Virus record (IMG/VR): IMGVR_UViG_2866816733_000004 | Location: 32,001-96,000 of that record | DNA from: a virus | Lineage: Duplodnaviria; Caudoviricetes | Length of the DNA stretch: 64,000 bases | Strand: one strand, 5' to 3' | In this document: piece by piece, positions 1 to 7,601 of the stretch | Layout: every line of letters begins with the position of its first letter | Position numbering within the stretch: the stretch's first letter is position 1 | Made by a program: the position numbers and the translations under genes | The notes under the pieces: generated by a model | The model's input: the letters and a program-made list of their open reading frames with translations, nothing else | The model's database searches: none | What the model was told of the DNA's origin: nothing

Positions 1-52
1 CGCATGAGGTCGTCGGCTGGACACAACTGCTCGTCGGGGAGGCGCGGCGCTG

Positions 53-946
53 ATGGACGTCGTTGTGACCGGCGCGCGGGGCTTTCTAGGCCGACACCTC
101 CAAGCGGCCCTGGAAGCACGCGGCGACTATGTCCTCGACATCGATGTGGATCCCGACCAGGAGTGCAACCGGGACGCGTTGGAGTTCTTCCGCGACGACC
201 CGCACATGTGGGATCTAGCGATCCACTGCGCTGCGGTGGAGCCCCACCGCTCGGCGATCGACGGACGCGCCCTCGCGGTAGGCGCCGGAAACCTTGAACT
301 GGATGCGGCGATGTTCGGGTGGGCGGCGCGTGTCCACCCAGGCCGCCTGGTCTACCTCTCCAGCTCGGCCGCGTACCCGGTGTACCTGCAGACCGGCGAC
401 TACCGGGTGCCGCTGCGGGAGCACGACACGTGGGAACAGCCTGGTGAGGCCGACGCGATTTACGGCGCGGTGAAGGTGATGGGGGAGCGCCTCGCTCGCC
501 TGTACCGGGAACAGGGCGGCGCTGTGACGGTTGTGCGGCCTTTCAGCGGCTACGGCGAGGACCAGTCCTCCGACTTCCCGTTTGGGGCATTCCGCGATCG
601 CGCGCGGCGACGTGAGGACCCGTTCGTGGTCTGGGGCGATGGCACCCAGGTCCGCGATTGGATCCACGTGGACGATGTGGTGGGCGCTGTGCTCGCCGCG
701 GTAGACGCCGCCGTGGACGGCCCGGTGAACATTGCTACCGGGATCGGGACGAGCATGGCGGAGCTCGCCGAGATGTTCTGCGCTCAGGTCGGCTACGACC
801 CGCCTTTCGAGTACCTTACGGACCGGCCTGCCGGGGTGGCGTACCGCGTCGGTGACCCCACCGTCCTCAACGAGTTCTACAGGCCGAAGGTGACGCTCGC
901 GGAGGGCGTGAAAAGAGCGCTCGCAAGGCAGCCCGTCAACATGTGA
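53..946 (+). CDS. NAD-dependent nucleotide-sugar epimerase/dehydratase (extended SDR)
   Basis: N-terminal TGARGFLG Rossmann motif, SSSAAY, catalytic YGAVK (YxxxK), GDGTQVRDWIHVDD. Confidence 0.92.
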   Translation: MDVVVTGARGFLGRHLQAALEARGDYVLDIDVDPDQECNRDALEFFRDDPHMWDLAIHCAAVEPHRSAIDGRALAVGAGNLELDAAMFGWAARVHPGRLVYLSSSAAYPVYLQTGDYRVPLREHDTWEQPGEADAIYGAVKVMGERLARLYREQGGAVTVVRPFSGYGEDQSSDFPFGAFRDRARRREDPFVVWGDGTQVRDWIHVDDVVGAVLAAVDAAVDGPVNIATGIGTSMAELAEMFCAQVGYDPPFEYLTDRPAGVAYRVGDPTVLNEFYRPKVTLAEGVKRALARQPVNM

Positions 947-974
947 TCAACGTTCCGGTCTGGACAATAGACGC

Positions 975-1211
975 GTGAGCAACCGTGACGCCGAAAACTT
1001 CTGGACCGGGAACGGCGGCCACCTCTGGAAGACCGACCGGGGACCGGACAGCGCCTGCGCCCGCCCCGAGTGCGGCCTGTCCTATGCGCGGTGGAGCGGC
1101 GACCGGTGCCCGGCTGCGCCGGACTGTGACGCTGTGTTCGAGGGCGCGCGGTGCGGGCTTGAGCAGGGCCACGACGGCGACCACGAAGCCACGCTGGTGT
1201 GGGCGTCGTGA
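975..1211 (+). CDS. small Cys/His-rich hypothetical protein
   Basis: 78 aa ORF with CARPEC and RCGLEQGHDGDH; GTGA overlap with next gene. Confidence 0.5.
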   Translation: MSNRDAENFWTGNGGHLWKTDRGPDSACARPECGLSYARWSGDRCPAAPDCDAVFEGARCGLEQGHDGDHEATLVWAS

Positions 1212-1483
1212 CGAGCCTCAGCGACCTCAACCGCGAAGAGTGGGCGGACAAGCCGTACTTGATCGAACTTCGCGGCGGCAGGATGGACGGCAACCGCTTC
1301 CGCAGGAACAAGTTGGCGATCACCTGGTGCGTCCCTGAGATCGTAGAGCCCAGCCTCGTAACTGACGCGGACGGGATCTTCCGACCAGAACTCGTCCCGC
1401 TCTCGATCTACCGGCGGACAGGGATAGTCACCGACGACGGCGTCCACATCTACCAGTTCGAGGGCATCGAGCTGATCAACTGA
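1208..1483 (+). CDS. hypothetical protein
   Basis: ORF coupled by GTGA overlap; GC3-rich codon usage. Confidence 0.55.
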   Translation: MTSLSDLNREEWADKPYLIELRGGRMDGNRFRRNKLAITWCVPEIVEPSLVTDADGIFRPELVPLSIYRRTGIVTDDGVHIYQFEGIELIN

Positions 1484-1492
1484 CGGATCGGG

Positions 1493-2206
1493 GTGACCGT
1501 GCCCTCTCCGATCCCGTTGCTGGTCCTGACGAACGGCCGCCCGGACTGCATCACCAAGACGCTCCGCTCCGCGGCCGAGCATCTTCGCGGTGCCGCCCCG
1601 ATGGTGATCCTCGACGACTCCGGCGACGATGTGTACGGTCGGTGGCTGGAGGACGAGTTCATCGGCGGCCCGCTGGACGGCCACGTCCTCCACCTCAACA
1701 ACCAAGAGCGCGGCTACTGGCGGGCAATGCAGGCCGTGTGGCGGTACGCCCGCTACGTCTTCGACTACATGGGCGTGGACAAGGCTTTCTTCCTCGAGGA
1801 CGACTTCACGTTCAACGGGGACGTGCACGTCGACGATCTCGCCGGCGTGCTGGACGCGCACCCGCACCTGATCCAGATGGCTCTGTTGCGGCAGCCTTGG
1901 TTCGGCAACGAGGTCCGGCTCGGCGGGCTGATCGAAGCCCTCGAAGCGGGCGGCCAGGAGTTCACCGAGACCACCGACGGCACCCACTCGTGGGTCGAGC
2001 ACCGGGCCTGCTTCACTGGCAACCCGTCGCTGATCCCGCGACGCACGTTCGAGCGGGACTGGCCGGAAGGCAACTGGTCGGAGAGCAGGTTCGGCCGGGC
2101 GTTGTTCGCGGCCGAACCGGACGCGCATGGGGCGTACTGGGGCCGCCGCACCGACGCCCCTCGCGTGGAGCACATCGGCCACGAACGAGCCGGGTCCGAC
2201 TACTGA
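1493..2206 (+). CDS. glycosyltransferase, GT-A fold (GT2-like)
   Basis: LLVLTNGR..VILDDSG and FFLEDDF (DxD-like) motifs, C-terminal VEHIG. Confidence 0.8.
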   Translation: MTVPSPIPLLVLTNGRPDCITKTLRSAAEHLRGAAPMVILDDSGDDVYGRWLEDEFIGGPLDGHVLHLNNQERGYWRAMQAVWRYARYVFDYMGVDKAFFLEDDFTFNGDVHVDDLAGVLDAHPHLIQMALLRQPWFGNEVRLGGLIEALEAGGQEFTETTDGTHSWVEHRACFTGNPSLIPRRTFERDWPEGNWSESRFGRALFAAEPDAHGAYWGRRTDAPRVEHIGHERAGSDY

Positions 2207-2499
2207 ACCTCGTTGCTCTCGCCGAGCATGTTGTAGACGGTCTGCCGGGCCAGCCCACTGTGGTTGATGATCGCCTGAGGCTGGGTGTCGCCTTCACCGT
2301 TGTGCCGCGCAGCGCGGACGGCGGCGTCCATGTACCGCATGATGTGTCGGACCTGCTCGCGTGCGGCCTTGAGGTCTTCGCCGAGGAACTGGAGCGTCTG
2401 TAGCGCATCGACCTCGGTCTCGAACTCGAAGACGGGCTCCTTGGTCCAGTCGAGGTCGGTCTCGATGTCGATCGGGCCGGTGAAGGTGATCTTGGCCAT
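2200..2499 (-). CDS. small protein with C-terminal HTH-like motif
   Basis: ATG at 2499 with GGGAG RBS; QAIINHSGLARQTVYNML resembles an HTH. Confidence 0.65.
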   Translation of the reverse strand: MAKITFTGPIDIETDLDWTKEPVFEFETEVDALQTLQFLGEDLKAAREQVRHIMRYMDAAVRAARHNGEGDTQPQAIINHSGLARQTVYNMLGESNEVQ

Positions 2500-2516
2500 G
2501 GTCGCTCCCATGCATT

Positions 2517-2571
2517 GTGTCTAATAGTAGACACTTTAGATTGTGAGCGGCGACCTGTCTAGTGCTAGACA
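2517..2571. promoter_or_regulatory. two palindromic operators TGTCTA-N4-TAGACA
   Basis: GTGTCTAATAGTAGACAC (2517-2534) and TGTCTAGTGCTAGACA (2556-2571) in an AT-rich gap directly upstream of the HTH gene. Confidence 0.7.
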
Positions 2572-2660
2572 CCTCCAAGCCCCCGGTCTGTCGTCGCCTC
2601 GTGGAGTGGGGTCGCCACGGCAGACCGGGCCCACCCACTCCACCCGAGGGACCCCGGAAG

Positions 2661-3224
2661 ATGCGCTTCTTCTACGACACCGAATTCATCGAGCGAGGCC
2701 CCACCTACCCGCTCGACCTAGTCTCGATTGGGATCGTCGCCGACGACGGCCGAGAGTTCTACGCCGTGAGCGCCGAGTTCGACCAGCGCGCACTGCTGTC
2801 CAACCCGTGGCTCGCCGAGAACGTCTGGCCGTCGCTGCCCACGACGGAGCCGCGCCAGTACCGCGACAGGCTCGCCCCGCATGGGCGCCTCGACCTCGAC
2901 GACCCAACGGTCCGGACCCGCGCCCAGATCGCCCGCGCAGTCCGCTCCTTCATCCTCGGCGACCACCCCGACGAACTGCCGTACGTGGAGCTGTGGGCAA
3001 ACTACGGCGCCTACGACCACGTCGCTTTGTGTCAACTGTTCGGGTCGATGGTGGACCTGCCCGATGGCATGCCGATGTTTACTCGCGACCTCCAGCAGGA
3101 GGCCGCACGGCTCGGTCTCAAGGACGCTGACCTTCCCAAGCAGTCTGAGGGGCTCCACAACGCGCTGGCCGACGCCCGCCACAACAAGGTGGTCGCGGAG
3201 TTCCTCAACGCTCAGGTTGCATGA
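2661..3224 (+). CDS. DEDDh 3'-5' exoribonuclease, RNase AS/Rv2179c-like
   Basis: MRFFYDTEFIE, LVSIGIVADDGREFYAVS, AYDHVALCQLFG, HNALADARHN. Confidence 0.88.
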   Translation: MRFFYDTEFIERGPTYPLDLVSIGIVADDGREFYAVSAEFDQRALLSNPWLAENVWPSLPTTEPRQYRDRLAPHGRLDLDDPTVRTRAQIARAVRSFILGDHPDELPYVELWANYGAYDHVALCQLFGSMVDLPDGMPMFTRDLQQEAARLGLKDADLPKQSEGLHNALADARHNKVVAEFLNAQVA

Positions 3225-3613
3225 TGATCCGCGCCTTCATCCGCGAGGACCTCCCCGGCATGTTCCTGGAGATCGCTCTCATCCAGGTGTCGGACGACAT
3301 GCCTCGCCGGATCCTGCGCATCGATGAGGCCGGCGCGAACACGACCTACCGGTGGGAGGACCTACCGGACCGTCCCACGAACGTCGCCCCGACGCTCCAA
3401 CTCGGTGACAGCGAGGCCCGCGCGCTGCTGGAGGCGCTGGGACGCCACTACAGCGGCGGCTCCGACGTCCGTGCCCTCCGAGCCGACCTGGACTACGAAC
3501 GCAAGCGCGTAGACGAGCTGATTGCCCTCATGGGCGCCGTCATCGCCAACGGGATACAACGACCGCCGCGCCGCCCGCCGGATCCGCTGATTCGGAAACT
3601 GGCCGGGGAGTAG
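3221..3613 (+). CDS. hypothetical phage protein
   Basis: ATGA overlap with the exonuclease gene; coiled-coil-like C-terminus. Confidence 0.65.
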   Translation: MMIRAFIREDLPGMFLEIALIQVSDDMPRRILRIDEAGANTTYRWEDLPDRPTNVAPTLQLGDSEARALLEALGRHYSGGSDVRALRADLDYERKRVDELIALMGAVIANGIQRPPRRPPDPLIRKLAGE

Positions 3614-3615
3614 AC

Positions 3616-3795
3616 GTGACCACCGCCGACGAGGCCCATGTCGTCCCGCTCAACGACCTGATCGAACACGACACCGAAGGCGACTGCGTCTGCGTACCCG
3701 AGGCACGCCCGGTGACCCGCGATGACGGTTCGATTGCATGGCTGATGGTGCACCACTCGTTGGACGGGCGCGAGACCTCGGAGCAACTGCAGTGA
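3616..3795 (+). CDS. small actinophage protein (59 aa; not in the ORF track)
   Basis: Manual translation VTTADEAHVVPLNDLIEHDTEGDCVCVPE...HHSLDGRE...; GGGGAG RBS; GTGA overlap with next gene. Confidence 0.7.
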   Translation: MTTADEAHVVPLNDLIEHDTEGDCVCVPEARPVTRDDGSIAWLMVHHSLDGRETSEQLQ

Positions 3796-4493
3796 CCCGC
3801 GTCCTCGTTGGCATTCCGTGGCGCCACCAGCCGCACCGCGTCTACGCCCACGACCTGACCGTCCAGCGCTACGAGGAACTGCTGCCGGACGCGACGGTCC
3901 TGGACTTCGACACCGAGCACGAGCAATTCTGTCTGGCTGGCGCGAGGAACTTGGCGGTCCGCTTCGGCGAGCGCGTCAGAGCCGACGTCATCGTCCTCGC
4001 CGACGCAGACACCCTCCCGGAGCGAGAGCCGCTCCTCGCCGCGATCGAAGGCGCCGCTCACAGCAGCGTGGTGCATCTGCCGTACACCGAGTACCGGTCG
4101 CTGCGCCGCGACGGCACCGACCAGTTCCTCGTCGGCGTCCCGTTGCAGGAGTGCAGCCACCTGGTCGTGGACGGCGCCTGCTCCGGCGTCTACGTCACCA
4201 CACCCGCCACCTGGGGGGCCCACGGCGGCCAAGACGAGCGATTCCGCGGCTGGTCGCCAGAGGACGCTGCCTGGATGGCCGCACACACGACCCTCCTCGG
4301 CGACCCGGTCCGCCACAGCGGACGCGTCTACGCCCTCCACCACGACTCACCACCGAAGACCGGCCCCGACCACGAAGCCGGCTACGCGCTGGTCTACCGC
4401 TACCACCAAGCCCAGGGCGACCTGGCCGCGATGCGCCGCCTGATCGCCGAGGCCGAGACCTGCAACAAGTCAACATCCGCCACCGGCGGGTAA
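3792..4493 (+). CDS. glycosyltransferase, GT-A fold with GT7-like C-terminal motif
   Basis: VLVGIPWR, ARNLAV, LADAD (DxD), GGQDERFRGWSPED. Confidence 0.82.
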   Translation: MTRVLVGIPWRHQPHRVYAHDLTVQRYEELLPDATVLDFDTEHEQFCLAGARNLAVRFGERVRADVIVLADADTLPEREPLLAAIEGAAHSSVVHLPYTEYRSLRRDGTDQFLVGVPLQECSHLVVDGACSGVYVTTPATWGAHGGQDERFRGWSPEDAAWMAAHTTLLGDPVRHSGRVYALHHDSPPKTGPDHEAGYALVYRYHQAQGDLAAMRRLIAEAETCNKSTSATGG

Positions 4494-4519
4494 GAGTGAT
4501 CATGGGCAGGTGATCCACG

Positions 4520-4753
4520 ATGGCCACCGAGGAGACCAGTCCCAGCGCAGCCGCAGCAACTCAACGCCTCCTGACCTATTGGGCGCATGGACCGGGCCGA
4601 GCAAAGATCATGCCTGAGGTTGAGGGCGCTTGGGATCGCTGCCATGTCGAGCTCGGCAAGTACATCCAGGGTCGGCAGCTCGATGGCTTCTGTGCCCGCG
4701 TGATTCATGAGGCCACGGGCCGCTGGCCTGGTCAGCATCGCGACAAGGACTGA
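4520..4753 (+). CDS. small phage protein
   Basis: LLTYWAHGPGRAKI...WDRC...FCAR..HEATGRWPG pattern; position next to packaging genes. Confidence 0.65.
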   Translation: MATEETSPSAAAATQRLLTYWAHGPGRAKIMPEVEGAWDRCHVELGKYIQGRQLDGFCARVIHEATGRWPGQHRDKD

Positions 4754-4759
4754 CTGGCC

Positions 4760-5071
4760 ATGGCGTACGGTCCACGCTCCGCCCGCACATCCCCGCTGCC
4801 ATCGGACTGGGAAAGTTATCGTCGGCCAGCTGTGCTCGAGCGCGACGGGTACGTATGCCAGTGGGAGATCAGCAGGGACGGCACGAGGTGCGGCCGTCCA
4901 GCGACGGACGTCGACCACATGGGTGCGGCCGATGACCACCGCCTCGAGCTCCTGCGTGCGCTGTGCGGGCCGCATCATCGGCGTCGCTCCGGCGCGCAGG
5001 GTGCCGAGGCGATGCACGCGCGGAAGATCCCTCGGCAGCGGCCAGTGGAGCGGCATCCGGGTCTGCTGTGA
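4760..5071 (+). CDS. packaging-associated HNH endonuclease
   Basis: VLERDGYVCQ..RC...ATDVDH...LRALCGPHH; immediately upstream of the cos/terS region. Confidence 0.85.
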   Translation: MAYGPRSARTSPLPSDWESYRRPAVLERDGYVCQWEISRDGTRCGRPATDVDHMGAADDHRLELLRALCGPHHRRRSGAQGAEAMHARKIPRQRPVERHPGLL

Positions 5072-5223
5072 CCGGGTCCCGCCTGCCTATGCGGCCTTTG
5101 GTGATCATGGTGAGGCGATGGGCTGGCGCCAGTACGTTGAGGACGTCGTGAGGCATGCGGCGATCACGGCCGGGTGATCACGGCGGTGGCGATCTTGAAG
5201 GAGTGATCATGGCGACGATGACC

Positions 5224-5451
5224 CAAGATCAACTCTGTCAAGATCAAAGTCACGCTCCATGCAACCGGGCAAACCGAACATTTCTCGCACCAAGATCATA
5301 ACCTGGGGGATATCCCCAAGATCATCCACTTCCCGCTCCGGCAGGGTATTGGCGCCGCCCACGCCTACGGGTCTGGGGCCTTGATCAACTAGCATCCATT
5401 TGATCATCATCGTTCCTTGATCTTGTTTCGGAGGGATGGTGACTGATCATG
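5224..5451. other. putative cos/packaging region with CAAGATCA repeats; candidate cohesive end near 5339-5349
   Basis: Non-coding gap between HNH and terS; CAAGATCA at 5224, 5239, 5291, 5317; inverted copy at 5418-5425; palindrome GGGGATATCCCC at 5306-5317. Confidence 0.55.
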
Positions 5452-5904
5452 GCTGGACGCGGCCCCGCCCCCAAGCCCGCTGATCGCCGGGCACGCGCCA
5501 ACAAGGACACCGTCGGGCAGACGGTGCTGCGGTTCGAGCGCGCCGCACAGCCCGAGCTTCCCGACGACGTGGACTGGCATGACCGGACCCGGGACTGGTG
5601 GGCGATGTGGGGCCGGTCGGCGCAAGCCGAGACGTTCACCGCGACCGACTGGTCGTTTCTGCTGGACACGGCACTGATGCATCACGCGATGTGGAGCAAG
5701 GGGCAGTGGACCCTCGCTGCTGAGGTCCGGCTGCGGGTCGCGAAGTACGGGGCGACCCCTGAGGATCGCGCGAGGCTGAGGATGGTCTTCGCGGACGCGG
5801 ATGAGAAGGACGAGAAGCGTGCTGCGAAGGCGGGCGCGTCGGCGCGGGAGCGGTACGGGAAGCTGCGGGTGCTGCCGGCCGGTAAGGCGTCCGGGGGCGA
5901 GTAG
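5449..5904 (+). CDS. terS: terminase small subunit
   Basis: MAGRGPAPKP...WW..W...TDWSFLLDTA..H...AAEVRLRVAKYGATPEDRARLR; upstream of terL. Confidence 0.88.
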   Translation: MAGRGPAPKPADRRARANKDTVGQTVLRFERAAQPELPDDVDWHDRTRDWWAMWGRSAQAETFTATDWSFLLDTALMHHAMWSKGQWTLAAEVRLRVAKYGATPEDRARLRMVFADADEKDEKRAAKAGASARERYGKLRVLPAGKASGGE

Positions 5905-7577
5905 TGCCCTGGCGCGGCCCGGAGTACCCGGGGGAGCTCCCGACGCTCGGCTACTACGCGCTGGACTGGTTCGCGGAGATGCTGATCGTCCCGGATGGTC
6001 CGGCGGCGGGGCAGCCGCTGGTGTTCACGCCGGAGCAGGCGCAGTTCGTTCTGGATTTCTACGCGGTGGATCCGCGGTTCGAGGGACCCGCGATCCGCGG
6101 CAGGGCGCTGGTGAACGCGCGGCGGATCCGGCGGGCGGTGTTGTGCCGGCCGAAGGGGCACGGGAAGTCGCCGCTGCTGGGTGCGCTGTGTCTGCTGGAG
6201 ACGCTCGGCGAGGTGGTGCTGGACGGCTGGGACGCCGATGGGGAGCCGGTGGCGCGGCCGTGGACGTCGCTGGGCTTCAAGGCCAAAGCACAGATCGTCG
6301 CTGTCAGCGAGGACCAGACGACGAATACGTGGGATCCGCTGCTGGAGATGGCCCGGAATGGGCCGGTGTACGACGAGTACGACATCGAGCCGATGGAGAC
6401 GTTTGTGAACGTCCCGCGCGGCCGGATCGAGTACACGACGTCGTCGGCGGTGTCGCGTGAGGGGTTCCGGCCGGTGTTCGCGGCGATGGACCAAACCGAG
6501 TCGTGGGTGAAGTCGAACGGCGGGCTGAACTTGGCGGCGTCGATCCGCCGGAACCTGGCGAAGGTGAACGGGTCGTCGGTGGAGACCCCGAACGCGTGGG
6601 TGCCTGGTCTGGACAGCGTCGCGGAGAAGTCGCATCAGGCGTGGCAGCAGCAGGTCGAAGGCCGCCTGAAGGGCGACGACGGGATCCTGTTCGACCACCG
6701 CGAGGCGCCACCGGACACCAACCCGGCCGACCGGGACTCGCTGATGGCGGGCCTGCGGGTCGCCTACGGCGATTCCGGGGACCTCAACGGCGGGCACGTG
6801 AACCTTGAGCGGATCTTGCAGGACTACTGGGATCCGGCGACGGACCCCGGTGAGGCCCGCCGGTTCTACCTGAATCAGATCGCGCCGGCGACGGACGCAT
6901 GGTCGACGCCACAGGAGTGGGCGGCGTGCGCCGACCCGACTGTGGTGGTCCCAGACAGCGCCGAGATCGTGCTGTTCTTCGACGGGTCCAAGTCCTCCGA
7001 CGCCACGGCGCTGATCGGATGCGACATGGAGACAGGGCATGTCTTCGACGCGGGCGTGTGGGAACCCGACCCCGGCGACCTGGACGACCAGGTGCCGGTG
7101 CATGAGGTCGACGCTGCGGTCGCGCGGGCGTTCGAACGGTGGCAGCCGGTGGCGTTCTTCGGCGACGTGCGGGAGTGGGAGTCGTTCGTCCACACGCTGT
7201 GGCCGGAACGGTACGGCGACCGGCTGCTGGTGATGGCGAACCCGCGGGGTCGGAACGCGGGGCCGGTCGCGTGGGACATGCGGTCGCGGACGCGGGACTT
7301 CACGCTCGCCGCGGAGACGTGCCACACCGAGATCGAGCAGCGGCAGTTCACTCATGACGGGTCGTCGCCGGTGGCGAGGCATGTGGCGAATGCGCGGCGG
7401 CGCCCGAATCGGTACGGCGTGTCGGTCGGGAAGGAGTCGCCGCGCTCGCCGTTGAAGATCGACGCGGCGGTGTGCGTGATCGGCGCGCGGATGGTCCGCC
7501 GGATCGTGCTGACCTCCCCTGAGTGGGCGAAGCGGACGAAGAAGAAAACCCGGACCGGCCGCGTCTACGGGTTCTAG
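5904..7577 (+). CDS. terL: terminase large subunit
   Basis: Walker A RPKGHGKSP, Walker B-like AAMDQTE, nuclease FFDGSKSSDAT and KIDAAV. Confidence 0.95.
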   Translation: MPWRGPEYPGELPTLGYYALDWFAEMLIVPDGPAAGQPLVFTPEQAQFVLDFYAVDPRFEGPAIRGRALVNARRIRRAVLCRPKGHGKSPLLGALCLLETLGEVVLDGWDADGEPVARPWTSLGFKAKAQIVAVSEDQTTNTWDPLLEMARNGPVYDEYDIEPMETFVNVPRGRIEYTTSSAVSREGFRPVFAAMDQTESWVKSNGGLNLAASIRRNLAKVNGSSVETPNAWVPGLDSVAEKSHQAWQQQVEGRLKGDDGILFDHREAPPDTNPADRDSLMAGLRVAYGDSGDLNGGHVNLERILQDYWDPATDPGEARRFYLNQIAPATDAWSTPQEWAACADPTVVVPDSAEIVLFFDGSKSSDATALIGCDMETGHVFDAGVWEPDPGDLDDQVPVHEVDAAVARAFERWQPVAFFGDVREWESFVHTLWPERYGDRLLVMANPRGRNAGPVAWDMRSRTRDFTLAAETCHTEIEQRQFTHDGSSPVARHVANARRRPNRYGVSVGKESPRSPLKIDAAVCVIGARMVRRIVLTSPEWAKRTKKKTRTGRVYGF

Positions 7578-7601
7578 CGACCCATCCTGCGAGGGGGTGC
7601 T

